From positions 192,001-256,000 of the forward strand of contig CP045477.1 of the NCBI GenBank assembly GCA_009392915.1: a stretch of DNA of 64,000 bases. The letters are read 5' to 3'. This DNA is from Candidatus Forterrea multitransposorum CG_2015-17_Forterrea_25_41. Its GTDB lineage: Archaea > Iainarchaeota > Iainarchaeia > Iainarchaeales > CSSED10-239. Within the stretch, counting starts at the first letter, position 1. Every line of letters begins with the position of its first letter. Both the position numbers and the translations under genes were made by a program. Shown piece after piece: positions 9,463 to 18,972 of this stretch. The notes under the pieces are model-generated. The model made no database searches. It saw only the letters and a list, made by a program, of their open reading frames with translations, and was not told where the DNA came from.

Positions 9463-10002
9463 TTATTCTTTAAGTAAATAATAAATATCTTTATCTAAGA
9501 TTAAGTTATTTACTTTTCCTAATTTTTCTTTTTTAATAATACCATTTTCTTCAAGTTTTAAAATTAGTCTATGAACTTTAATCTTTGATAACCCATCAAT
9601 ATATGTAAGTTCATATTGCCTTACTTTTCCATCATTTTCTAATATCTTTTCAATAATCTTTTTTTCATCTTTAGTTAAAAGATTAAGTATGGTTTTACTC
9701 TTAACATTAATATTTTTTTCTTTTTGATTAATTTCTTCAGATAAAAGATAGTAGATAAGTAACCCTACAAACATTCCAAAGAATGCACTAATAGGTATTA
9801 GATAAAAAGAATAATTTGATTTTTCTGGTTTATTTAACATCTGTTCTTTAAGTTCATCTATAGTATAAAGATCTATTGTTGTAATATCAATAGTATTCTG
9901 ACTTCTATTTATCTTTTGTTGTGCAGATAAAAATAAAAGAGTTGAAACTATTAATAATATAAAAGATAATAAGACAGCTAAGATAATTATTTTTTTGTTC
10001 AT
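9463..10002 (-). CDS. Membrane-anchored winged-helix transcriptional regulator (two TM segments + C-terminal wHTH)
   Basis: 179-aa ORF; N-terminal and central hydrophobic helices, C-terminal KIIEKILENDGKVRQYELTYIDGLSKIKVHRLILKLEENGII resembles HTH/wHTH. Confidence 0.45.
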   Translation of the reverse strand: MNKKIIILAVLLSFILLIVSTLLFLSAQQKINRSQNTIDITTIDLYTIDELKEQMLNKPEKSNYSFYLIPISAFFGMFVGLLIYYLLSEEINQKEKNINVKSKTILNLLTKDEKKIIEKILENDGKVRQYELTYIDGLSKIKVHRLILKLEENGIIKKEKLGKVNNLILDKDIYYLLKE

Positions 10003-10178
10003 AATAGATATATTGTTCTTTTCTGTTTTTATTCTTTATTGTTTATATATAGTTTCAGTTAATCAAACCATAGTTTCATAAAAGAGTATATATCGTTACA
10101 CTTATAATTATCTAGTACTTTAAAGGGTTTTTTTAAAAGTTTGTTAAAAACTTTTTAAAGTAAAATTAAAAAAAAAAG

Positions 10179-10613
10179 GTGAAAAAAAATATGAATAATA
10201 AAACAAAAATAATTGCCTCTATCCTTACATTGTTTAGTTTTCTTTTAGTTTTAGGAACAGTAAGTGCATACAGAGGAGATGTAACAAAGCTAGGTCCAAA
10301 CTACGATCCTGTAGTACATGCAAATATGCAATTTGCAATTGAAGCTGGAGATTATCAAGCTTGGAATGATATTGTTTCTTTAAGAGATAATAATTCAAAG
10401 ATAACTACATATATAACAGAAGAAAACTTTGAAGAATACAGTAAAGCATACCTTTCTGCTTTATCAGGAGATTCATCTTCTTTACAAGAGTTTAGAGCTT
10501 CTTTAGGTTTAGGCCAAGGTAATCAATATAGAGGATCTAATAAAGGTTCTTTAAATGAAAACTCTAATTCTTTAGGTCAAAAGAAAATGAATAGATACAA
10601 CTCTACAAATTAG
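10179..10613 (+). CDS. Small secreted protein, hypothetical
   Basis: 144-aa ORF with N-terminal signal peptide (KIIASILTLFSFLLVLGTVSAY); GGTG RBS; no recognisable domain. Confidence 0.4.
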   Translation: MKKNMNNKTKIIASILTLFSFLLVLGTVSAYRGDVTKLGPNYDPVVHANMQFAIEAGDYQAWNDIVSLRDNNSKITTYITEENFEEYSKAYLSALSGDSSSLQEFRASLGLGQGNQYRGSNKGSLNENSNSLGQKKMNRYNSTN

Positions 10614-10765
10614 TTTTTTTTAATAGGTTATAAAAATTAATTAAGATTATTTATTTAATCTTTTTTTCTTTTATAAGTTCTTTTTTTAAATGTATTTATG
10701 CTTAATTATATTATTAGTTTATAATTCTATTTTTCTTTTAAGAAGAATATTTTATATGAATTTTT

Positions 10766-10837
10766 GCTTCTGTGGCTCAGTGGTAGAGCGCAACCTTGGT
10801 AAGGTTGAGGTCGCGGGTTCGACTCCCGCCAGAAGCT
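10766..10837 (+). tRNA. tRNA-Thr (anticodon GGT)
   Basis: Acceptor GCTTCTG/CAGAAGC, D arm GCTC-AGTGGTA-GAGC, anticodon arm CAACC-TTGGTAA-GGTTG, T arm GCGGG-TTCGACT-CCCGC, discriminator T. Confidence 0.85.
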
Positions 10838-10995
10838 TGATGCACAAAAATAACTAATTTGTGCATTTGAAATATACTTTTTAATCTTTAATTATACCAA
10901 ATTATATGCATTTATAAATAGATTATAACGGACTTATAATCTTTTAGTAAAAGACTATATTTAAAAACATTTCTGTTATATATTATATTAGTGAT

Positions 10996-12267
10996 TTGTA
11001 TATGGATAAAGATTTTTTAAGAAATGTTATTACTGATCAATATGAAGATCTAAAAGATGTTTCTAAAACGGTTTTAAGATATGATTTAAAAGAAATAACA
11101 TCTTTTGTAGAAAATCCTGCAATTTCAATAATTTCAGGAATTAGAAGATGTGGAAAATCAACTTTTTTAGAACAAATAATTAACCTACATTATAAAGATG
11201 ATTTTTATTATTTTGATTTTTCAGATGAAAGAATTTCAAGATTTCAAACAGAAGATTTTCAAAAACTATATGAAGTATTTTTAGAAAAATTTGGAAAAAG
11301 AAAAGCATTTTTCTTTGATGAGATACAAGAAGTTCCAGATTGGAATAAATTCGTAAATAGAATGAATAAAATAGGCTATAAATGTTTTGTTACTGGTTCA
11401 AACTCAAATTTATTAAGCAAAGAATTATCCACATACCTTACAGGAAGACATATAGATAAAGTTTTATTTCCATTTTCTTTTAAAGAATATTTAGTATATA
11501 AAAATATAAATATTGACTTAGATTCTACAAAATCAAAAACCTTAATTATTAAAGAATTTAAAAATTATTTTAAATTAGGGGGTTTTCCAGAAGTTGTTTT
11601 AACAAATGACACTTCAATTTTATTAAATATTTATTCAGATATTATTTCAAAAGACATTATTGAAAGATTTAAAATAAATGATATTTCTCTATTTAAAGAA
11701 TTTTGTAATTATGTTATATCTTTATCTACAAATGAATTTACTTATAAATCATTAAAAGATAATTTTAAAATTCAAAATATAACTACTGTTTCAAATTATC
11801 TTGATTATTTAAAACTTACATATCTTGTTTATGAAGTTAAAAGATTTTCTCCTGCTTTACAGAAATTAAATAAATTTCCAAAAAAATATTATTGTATTGA
11901 TAATGGGTTATTAAATAAAGTTGGTTTTGGATATTCAATAGAAGAGAGTAGATTTTTAGAAAATCAAGTTTTTATTGAACTTTGGAGAAACAATTTAAAT
12001 TCTGAAATTTATTATTATAGAAATAAAGATAATAAAGAATGTGATTTTTTAGTATTAAATAACAGAAAAGTTGCTAAAGCTATTCAAGTTTGTTATGCTT
12101 TTAAAAAAGCAGAAACAAGAAATAGAGAAATTGAAGGTTTATTATCTGCTTTAAAAGAATTTAATTTGTCTTTTGGAGAAATTATAACCTTTGAACATAA
12201 AGAAAGATTAGAAATTGAGGGTAAAATTATAGAAATGATTCCTATCTATGAGTGGTTATTAAAATAA
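10996..12267 (+). CDS. AAA+ ATPase, AAA_14/DUF4143 family
   Basis: 423-aa ORF; Walker A ISGIRRCGKST, Walker B FFFDEIQ, overall layout typical of archaeal DUF4143 ATPases; lies between tRNA-Thr and a degenerate copy of its 3' half. Confidence 0.65.
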   Translation: MYMDKDFLRNVITDQYEDLKDVSKTVLRYDLKEITSFVENPAISIISGIRRCGKSTFLEQIINLHYKDDFYYFDFSDERISRFQTEDFQKLYEVFLEKFGKRKAFFFDEIQEVPDWNKFVNRMNKIGYKCFVTGSNSNLLSKELSTYLTGRHIDKVLFPFSFKEYLVYKNINIDLDSTKSKTLIIKEFKNYFKLGGFPEVVLTNDTSILLNIYSDIISKDIIERFKINDISLFKEFCNYVISLSTNEFTYKSLKDNFKIQNITTVSNYLDYLKLTYLVYEVKRFSPALQKLNKFPKKYYCIDNGLLNKVGFGYSIEESRFLENQVFIELWRNNLNSEIYYYRNKDNKECDFLVLNNRKVAKAIQVCYAFKKAETRNREIEGLLSALKEFNLSFGEIITFEHKERLEIEGKIIEMIPIYEWLLK

Positions 12268-12272
12268 AAAAT

Positions 12273-12313
12273 GAGCGCTTTTAACCTAAGGTTTAGTTCC
12301 TGCCAGAAGCTTT
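12273..12313 (+). repeat. Degenerate duplicate of the 3' half of tRNA-Thr (candidate attR-like scar)
   Basis: TGAGCGCTTTTAACCTAAGGTTTAGTTCCTGCCAGAAGCTTT aligns with tRNA-Thr 10785-10837 (AGAGCGCAACCTTGGTAAGGTTG...CCCGCCAGAAGCTT) including an exact 11-nt GCCAGAAGCTT match. Confidence 0.5.
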
Positions 12314-12402
12314 GAACCGGTTTCGCTCGGTTCACGCGCAATCTTTAAAAGAGCTGGTTTCGATCAGTTAACACGCAATGGTTCTTCTTTTTCTTCTAGA
12401 AA

Positions 12403-13170
12403 TTAAGCTTTTCTGAACAATAAAAATCCAATTGTAATTAAAAATAAAGCAATACAAATAGATGCAGCAGTAATTATTTCAGGATATTGATTATTAAAAC
12501 CAACAGAACTTGTATGCTTAATAATAATCCCAAAATATGCCCACGCAAAAACTAAAATATAAGCAATATCTCTATTTCTAACACTGGTTAAAATACCAAT
12601 AATAGAACCTACTAAAAGAATAGCAATTGTCCAAATACTTTCACTAATACCAAAACCATTCCATCCAACACTAACAAGAAAAGCTGTAATATTTGCAATT
12701 GTTGCAACTGTTATCCATCCAAAGTAAATACTAAATGGAAGGGATAAAAAGAAAAAATCTTTAGACTTATTTTCTCTTATTAGTAAATTAATTTTAATTA
12801 AACAAAATAATATACCTAGCATAAAGATTATAGATACCCATAATAAACCATAATGCCAAGAAAAGATCCATAATGCATTAGCTACAGAACTTATAATAAA
12901 ATAAATACTTATCTTGTTTAATAATTTATTTTCTTTTAAACTAATTTTTTTAAAAGTTTCAAATTGATATAAAACAAATAAACCTAATAACAAATAAATT
13001 ATACCCCAGATAGAAAAAGTAATTCCTGCAGGAGCAAATAAGTTAGGATATAGGTCAGAGACAGCCCCTGTATCAATGTTATTTATTGGCAGGGCATTAG
13101 CTAAATAATTAACTACAATCATTACTATATAGACTAATGCTACAAAAATTTTTCTTAATATAAAATTCAT
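12403..13170 (-). CDS. Polytopic membrane protein, possibly TspO/MBR-related (tryptophan-rich sensory protein-like)
   Basis: 255-aa ORF, 6-7 predicted TM helices; N-terminal NYLANALPINNIDTGAVSDLYPNLFAPAGITFSIWGIIY resembles TspO-related family N-termini. Confidence 0.35.
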   Translation of the reverse strand: MNFILRKIFVALVYIVMIVVNYLANALPINNIDTGAVSDLYPNLFAPAGITFSIWGIIYLLLGLFVLYQFETFKKISLKENKLLNKISIYFIISSVANALWIFSWHYGLLWVSIIFMLGILFCLIKINLLIRENKSKDFFFLSLPFSIYFGWITVATIANITAFLVSVGWNGFGISESIWTIAILLVGSIIGILTSVRNRDIAYILVFAWAYFGIIIKHTSSVGFNNQYPEIITAASICIALFLITIGFLLFRKA

Positions 13171-13316
13171 AATTATTTCTTAAACCAAAACATATTTATA
13201 TGTTATTTCTTAAATATTTTTTTAAAATTAATCTACAAATATTTTTTAACTTAAGTTTTTAGCTAAAATTTTAATAATTAATATTTTTTAAAAATACATC
13301 TCTATTTATATTTTTT

Positions 13317-13784
13317 TTGTTTTATTTCTTAATTATGGCAACAAATAAAGCTGTAAAAGCAATAATCTTTAATAAAGATAATCAAATGTTAATTTTAAAA
13401 AGAACTCCTCTTTATAAAAGAAAAGGCAAAATTAATGTTTTAAAAAAATATGCACATTTAGATAAAAAAAATATATATGATCTCCCTGGTGGAAGACTTG
13501 AAATAAATGAAACTATCAAAACTGGCCTTAAAAGAGAAGTTTTTGAAGAAACAGGACTTAAAATTAAAATCTTAAAAAAAGTAAGTTCTTGGGAATTTAT
13601 TTCTTTAGATAATAAAAAAGTAGAAGTGACTAATTTTCTTTGTGAAATTAAAAAGAATACTTCAAATAAAATAATTTTAAGTCAAGAACATGATAATTAT
13701 AAATGGGTTGATCTTAAAAATATTAAAAGATATAGTTTTAAAGATAAAAGTTTTTTTGATTCTTTAAAATTTTTATCTAAATAA
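13317..13784 (+). CDS. NUDIX hydrolase
   Basis: 155-aa ORF with Nudix box GGRLEINETIKTGLKREVFEETGL (Gx5Ex7REUxEExGU). Confidence 0.8.
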   Translation: MFYFLIMATNKAVKAIIFNKDNQMLILKRTPLYKRKGKINVLKKYAHLDKKNIYDLPGGRLEINETIKTGLKREVFEETGLKIKILKKVSSWEFISLDNKKVEVTNFLCEIKKNTSNKIILSQEHDNYKWVDLKNIKRYSFKDKSFFDSLKFLSK

Positions 13785-13814
13785 TTTTTTAAAGAAAAAA
13801 AAAGAAAAGAAGAA

Positions 13815-16013
13815 TTATCTATATGTTTCATCTATATAGCTAATATCTTCTCCAATAACAACTTCTGTTTCTTCTTGACTTGTAAAGTTATATGTCTTTA
13901 ATAAATTATTAGTTATAGTATACAATTCATCTCCAATATATAAACTTCTAGCAATAGATCCATAGTAATATCTATTTTTCTTTGTGTGATCAATAGTTGT
14001 TATTTTACTAATACCATCTTTATCTGCTTTTAAAACAACAAATCCAAACTCAGAAGATGATGTATTATATCTTTCAGTAATAGGAAGTACAACTAAATTA
14101 TTCTTTGAAATATATAAGAATGCTTTATGATCGTAAGATACTTGTGTATTTGAATAACTTGCACTTGAAACCCATTTTCCAACTTCTTTAGGATTTGAAA
14201 AATCACTTACATCAAACAAAGCAACCTTAACTCCAGAATTATTAGTTCCACCCCATTCATTAGCTTCAGTTTCTTGACCAATACCTAATATTAAATTTTC
14301 AGATATTGGATGAAGATAATCAGAGTAACCTGAAATTTTTAAATAACCTAGAACTTTTGGTTTTGTAGGGTTTTCTAAATCAATTACAAAGAAAGGATCA
14401 ACTTGTCTGTATGTAACTAAATAAAGTTTATCTCCCATAAATCTAGCACTATATATTCTTTCATTTGGTGCAATTTCATCAACAATTCCAACTTCATTTA
14501 AAGAACTATTTAAAACTGTAACTGCATTTTTTGAAATAGTAGAATATCCGTTGTAATCTTGATAAGTTGTTGCAACTCTTAAATAACCTTCTTCTTCATC
14601 TAATGAAAATTGATTTAAAAGTTTTCCTTTAACTTCTCCTTGTGATATACTTCCAAAGCTACCATCTAAAAGAAGTTCAATTCTGTTAATGTATGTTTTA
14701 TCATATTGATTTCTTTCTTCTTGATAATATTTATCAGATTCTTCTTGTATTAAATTATATAATTCTTCTTTTTCTTCTTTGTCAAGAGTTTGATAGTAGT
14801 TATTTAATATTTCAATTAATTTTTCAGAATCATTTAAATTACTTTCAATTTCTTTAGCTATATTTGTAGGATATACTTTTTCATAGATTGATTCAAAAAC
14901 TAAATCTTTTGAATAGTTATTCCATCCAAATCTAAAGAAAGGATAATACATATTTTTTTCAGTTACAACATATAGGTTATTATTACTCATATATATTGTA
15001 TTTGAATTATCAAGTATGATTTCTATACTATCAATAATTGAAGATTCTTTTTCTAAATAATTAAGTGAAGTTAAATTATACATTACTTTAGATTCTTCAC
15101 TAACATCTCTTGGCATAATTATTTTAGATTCAAAATTACTTACAACATCATTTTTAATTTCTTTAACAGGCATTATAAATCTATCATAATAGATGTTAGG
15201 GTTAAAATCATATAGATAATCATTAGTTATAATATATACAATTCCATCTTTCATTCTTGATTGATAGTAGTTGCCTTTAATTTCTACGCTGTTAAGTTTT
15301 GAAAGAGAATTTTCTTCTATTCTATAAGTTTCAACAACAGTAAATGGTATATAAGTCATTTGAGGATAAAGATAAGAATATTGAGTAAATTTACTTTCTA
15401 CAATATTTTTTTCAATTATTACATATAAAAGGTCTTCTGTATCTAAGAACATTCCTTTAATTGTTAAATATTCTGCATTTTGATCATTAATTTTAACAGT
15501 ATATTTTTCTTCATCAGCTATAGGAACATCAACATCATTTATTACTGTTATTGTTTTGTCTTTTGCAATAAATATTTGTTTTCCATTAGTTTTTACAATA
15601 TCTCCTTCATCTATACCAGAAACTTGTACATTAGTTTGAGAAAAATCATTTTCAGCTCCTGTTGATTGAACAGAACTATCAGTTGCCATAATAGGCATTG
15701 ATTCTTCCATGGTTTTAGACATATCTCCTACTCTAATACTATTACTTGAATTAGTGGTAGTTAAAAGAGTTAATAGTTCTTGGGAGGTAATTGTTACAAA
15801 TGGTGATTCTTCATTTGTTTTAAAATCACTATATGTTAAATTTTCATAGTTTTTTTCTGTTGATTGATCACTAAGATATTCATCTTGGTTATCATCTATT
15901 ATTTTATTTTTTAAAATATTTTGATTAATTACAAGTCCAACAACTAATAGTGCAAGAACAAGTATTATAATCCCTAAAAATAAATTTGATTTATTTTTCA
16001 TATATCTTTTCAC
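13815..16013 (-). CDS. Large secreted/membrane-anchored protein, possible beta-propeller domain protein
   Basis: 732-aa ORF with N-terminal signal/anchor (LFLGIIILVLALLVVGLVIN), Tyr/Asn-rich, no catalytic motifs seen; family assignment tentative. Confidence 0.35.
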   Translation of the reverse strand: MKRYMKNKSNLFLGIIILVLALLVVGLVINQNILKNKIIDDNQDEYLSDQSTEKNYENLTYSDFKTNEESPFVTITSQELLTLLTTTNSSNSIRVGDMSKTMEESMPIMATDSSVQSTGAENDFSQTNVQVSGIDEGDIVKTNGKQIFIAKDKTITVINDVDVPIADEEKYTVKINDQNAEYLTIKGMFLDTEDLLYVIIEKNIVESKFTQYSYLYPQMTYIPFTVVETYRIEENSLSKLNSVEIKGNYYQSRMKDGIVYIITNDYLYDFNPNIYYDRFIMPVKEIKNDVVSNFESKIIMPRDVSEESKVMYNLTSLNYLEKESSIIDSIEIILDNSNTIYMSNNNLYVVTEKNMYYPFFRFGWNNYSKDLVFESIYEKVYPTNIAKEIESNLNDSEKLIEILNNYYQTLDKEEKEELYNLIQEESDKYYQEERNQYDKTYINRIELLLDGSFGSISQGEVKGKLLNQFSLDEEEGYLRVATTYQDYNGYSTISKNAVTVLNSSLNEVGIVDEIAPNERIYSARFMGDKLYLVTYRQVDPFFVIDLENPTKPKVLGYLKISGYSDYLHPISENLILGIGQETEANEWGGTNNSGVKVALFDVSDFSNPKEVGKWVSSASYSNTQVSYDHKAFLYISKNNLVVLPITERYNTSSSEFGFVVLKADKDGISKITTIDHTKKNRYYYGSIARSLYIGDELYTITNNLLKTYNFTSQEETEVVIGEDISYIDETYR

Positions 16014-16180
16014 CTTTACTTTTTTATGTAAAATTATTATTAATAAGTATTCTATGCTCTAAAGTCAATATAAACCCTATTTTTTAGTTAGGTTATTTCC
16101 TTTTTATAGTTTATTTTAATTTTAAGTTATTTTTATTTGTTAAAGATTGTTTTTTAAATTATTTGTAACATTTATATTCT

Positions 16181-17008
16181 ATGCATTTTTATATTATTGA
16201 GTTTGTTATAATAATTTTATTTATACTTACTTTAATTCATTTTAGAAAAAATAAGCGATTTTTAATATTTTCATTTATTTTTGCATGTCTTTTTGAAATA
16301 TTTGGAGTCTTTATTTCAGGTTATCTTTATTCTAATGATTTTTTAATAAATATTTATGGTGTTCCAATTTTTATAATTTTATCTTGGGTTATTATTCTAA
16401 CCACATCTTATAACTTAATTTCAACTATAACAAATCATAAATTAACAAAAGCTATTTTAGTATCATTATCAGCAACTGCTTTAGACTTAGTTTTTGAAGC
16501 ATCAGCTGTTTTTCTAAATTTTTGGACTTGGAAAGTAACAGTTCCAAATATTTTAGTAAGTATTGATCCAGCTAATTTTATTGGATGGATGATTGTAAGT
16601 TTTTGTTTTGTTTACTTATATGAGCTAAATTATAAAGCAGGTATGCTTTTTTCTTTTCCTTTTTATGTTTTTTTAGGGATATCTTATAAAATAATATATG
16701 ATTTAATTTTTAAAAATAGTAATATTGATCCTTTTTTCCCTTTCTTTCTATTATTTACTTTTGTTTTTGTTTTGGCAGTTTATTTATTATATAAAAATTA
16801 TAAATTTTCTAAAAATAATCTTTGGTGGTACTCTTTTCTTTTAAGAGTGCCTTTTTTGATATTTGGAGTTTTCTTTTCAATAAAATTTAAACTATTTATT
16901 GATAATTATATTTTACTTTTTATAGTCATGGGACTTTTAATAGAAATTGTTTTCTTATATCTTAGTTTCTCTTATAAATATAATAAATTTAAAAAACATA
17001 TGAAATAA
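16181..17008 (+). CDS. Polytopic membrane protein, hypothetical
   Basis: 275-aa very hydrophobic ORF (about 8 TM segments). Confidence 0.4.
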   Translation: MHFYIIEFVIIILFILTLIHFRKNKRFLIFSFIFACLFEIFGVFISGYLYSNDFLINIYGVPIFIILSWVIILTTSYNLISTITNHKLTKAILVSLSATALDLVFEASAVFLNFWTWKVTVPNILVSIDPANFIGWMIVSFCFVYLYELNYKAGMLFSFPFYVFLGISYKIIYDLIFKNSNIDPFFPFFLLFTFVFVLAVYLLYKNYKFSKNNLWWYSFLLRVPFLIFGVFFSIKFKLFIDNYILLFIVMGLLIEIVFLYLSFSYKYNKFKKHMK

Positions 17009-17075
17009 AATTCATTTATAAACCTTACTTCTCATATTTATATATACAATATAATTTTGTGAGAGGTAAATTAAT

Positions 17076-17441
17076 ATGAATTCAAATAAACAAAAAAAAA
17101 TTAATTTTTTAATTAAAATTAATACTTATTTTTTAGCTGCTTTGGTGCTTTATGCAGGAATAAATAAATTATTTATAAATGGAATTGATGGTGTTATTGG
17201 TATGCTTACAGGAGCAGGTTTCTTTTTACCAGTGTTTTTAGCATGGGTTTTAGTTATTTCAGAAATCGGTTCAGGTATAATGCTTTTTACTGGTCTTTAT
17301 AAAAAGTATGTTGTTTTAGTTCCAGCATTTATAATGATTGTGATCACTTTTACAATAGCTTTTGGTAATTGGCAAAGTATGATACAACATTTATTAATAG
17401 CATCTAATTATTTACTTATAGGTTGTATTTCCTCTAAGTAA
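17076..17441 (+). CDS. DoxX-like small membrane protein
   Basis: 121-aa ORF, 4 TM segments with pattern typical of DoxX family (ALVLYAGINKLF...AWVLVISEIGSGIMLFTGL). Confidence 0.4.
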   Translation: MNSNKQKKINFLIKINTYFLAALVLYAGINKLFINGIDGVIGMLTGAGFFLPVFLAWVLVISEIGSGIMLFTGLYKKYVVLVPAFIMIVITFTIAFGNWQSMIQHLLIASNYLLIGCISSK

Positions 17442-17532
17442 TTTTCTTTTTTTTATTTCTTTATTTTTTGGACAGAATCTATTTAAAAACCTTTAGAAAT
17501 ATAATTATTTCATAAAACGGAGTTGATATTTT

Positions 17533-18126
17533 ATGGTTGTTAAACAAAATGATTGGATTGAAGTTGAATATACTGGAAAGCTTAAAGACGGTAATATTTT
17601 TGATACTTCAAAGGGAAGAGAAACCTTAAAATTTAAGGTTGGAACTGGTATGGTTATTCCTGGTTTTGATGCAGCTGTAATAGGTATGGATGAAAATACT
17701 GATAAAGATTTTACTATCCCTTTTGCAGAAGCTTATGGACCAAAAAACACAGAAGCAGTTGAAATCCCTAAAACATCTTTTAAAGATGTAACTAATTTAG
17801 AAAAGGGTAAAAGTTATAATTTTATGACAGATATGGGTCCTATAAAAATTGATGTTGAAGAAGTTTTAGATGAAAAAATTAAGGCAACAGTAAATCATCC
17901 TTTAGCTGGTGAAGACTTAACTTTTGAAATAAAACTTGTAAAAATTTTATCTCCAGAAGAAGCTAAATCTTATGAAGATGCATTAATTGCTCAACATCAA
18001 AATCATGAACATGCTCATTCTGATAAAGAAGGTTCTTGTGCATGTGGAGATCCTGATTGTGAATGTGATGATGATTGTGATTGTTCAGATTCAAAAGATT
18101 CATGTGGTTGTGGACACGATCATTAA
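17533..18126 (+). CDS. slyD: FKBP-type peptidyl-prolyl cis-trans isomerase, SlyD-like, with Cys/His/Asp-rich metal-binding C-terminal tail
   Basis: 197-aa ORF: FKBP domain with inserted IF (insert-in-flap) chaperone domain (IKIDVEEVLDEKIKATVNHPLAGEDLTF) and tail HQNHEHAHSDKEGSCACGDPDCECDDDCDCSDSKDSCGCGHDH. Confidence 0.8.
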   Translation: MVVKQNDWIEVEYTGKLKDGNIFDTSKGRETLKFKVGTGMVIPGFDAAVIGMDENTDKDFTIPFAEAYGPKNTEAVEIPKTSFKDVTNLEKGKSYNFMTDMGPIKIDVEEVLDEKIKATVNHPLAGEDLTFEIKLVKILSPEEAKSYEDALIAQHQNHEHAHSDKEGSCACGDPDCECDDDCDCSDSKDSCGCGHDH

Positions 18127-18153
18127 TTTTTTTAAAATAAATAGGATATATTT

Positions 18154-18684
18154 ATGAATAAGTTTCTACATTTATTTAGAAAATTTTCTGCATATATCTT
18201 ATTTATTTCTACTTTACTTTCTTTTATTTTTTCTGAAAATGAATTTTTAAGTATTTTATTTGTATCAATTGCTTTCGTTGCTTTTTTTAAAATAAATATT
18301 TTTGAATTATTTAAAAATAAAAGATATTTATCAAAATTAGAATTATTCTTCTCAATTTTATTATTTGTAAAAGTAATTTTATTATTTGATGTAAATATTT
18401 TTTATAAATATTTAAGTTATTTTTTTGGTTTTTTCTTTTTAATAGTTTATTTTTTATTTTTTTCAAATACACAAAATATTACTACAAATATCTTAGGTGT
18501 TAAGAAAGATAAGGCTTCTCAAGAAGATGATCTTGAAGATTATGACAATTATGAGGATGATTCTCAAGAAGTAGAAGAAGATTCTGATTTTGAGTTAGAA
18601 GATGATTTTGAAGAAGATGAAGATAATTTAGAAGAAGATGAAGATGATTTAGACGAAAATGAGGATATTTCTAAAAAACATTAA
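18154..18684 (+). CDS. Membrane protein with highly acidic C-terminal tail, hypothetical
   Basis: 176-aa ORF; 3-4 TM helices then EDDLEDYDNYEDDSQEVEEDSDFELEDDFEEDEDNLEEDEDDLDENED. Confidence 0.35.
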   Translation: MNKFLHLFRKFSAYILFISTLLSFIFSENEFLSILFVSIAFVAFFKINIFELFKNKRYLSKLELFFSILLFVKVILLFDVNIFYKYLSYFFGFFFLIVYFLFFSNTQNITTNILGVKKDKASQEDDLEDYDNYEDDSQEVEEDSDFELEDDFEEDEDNLEEDEDDLDENEDISKKH

Positions 18685-18745
18685 AAATAATTCCTTTATA
18701 TTTTTTTTGCTTCTATATTATATTATACTTGTTATTAAAAAAAAA

Positions 18746-18827
18746 GCAGGGGTTCCCGAGTGGTCAAAGGGGCACGGCTAAGAACCGTGTGCTTAGTGCT
18801 TCGCAGGTTCGAATCCTGTCCCTTGCA
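18746..18827 (+). tRNA. tRNA-Leu (type II, long variable arm); anticodon loop CTAAGAA reads as AAG (unusual A34)
   Basis: Acceptor GCAGGGG/CCCTTGC, anticodon stem CACGG/CCGTG, long variable arm TGCTTAGTGCTTCGCA, T arm AGG?-TTCGAAT; D-loop AGTGGTCAAA typical of Leu. Confidence 0.7.
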
Positions 18828-18843
18828 TTATATTTTTTTAAAT

Positions 18844-18917
18844 GCTCGAATAGTGTAGCCCGGTAATCATATCAGACTCTCACTCTGATGACGGGGGTTC
18901 GAATCCCCCTTCGAGCA
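18844..18917 (+). tRNA. tRNA-Glu (anticodon CTC)
   Basis: Acceptor GCTCGAA/TTCGAGC, D region TAGTGTAGCCCGGTAATCAT typical of archaeal tRNA-Glu, anticodon arm TCAGA-CTCTCAC-TCTGA, T arm GGGGG-TTCGAAT-CCCCC. Confidence 0.8.
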
Positions 18918-18972
18918 CTTATAATATTTTTTAAAAATCTATTTAATAACTTAAATTTGTAATTACTTAATT

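Noticed and set aside
12270-12400. Possible additional tRNA or split-tRNA half
   Set aside because: The GC-rich tract matches only the 3' half of tRNA-Thr with deletions. It has no D-arm or acceptor 5' strand and cannot fold into a cloverleaf. It is interpreted as a degenerate duplicate or att scar plus hairpins.
15480-15665. 61-aa plus-strand ORF inside 13815-16013
   Set aside because: It is overlapped by a 732-aa minus-strand CDS and is a low-complexity Ile/Phe/Tyr antisense artefact.
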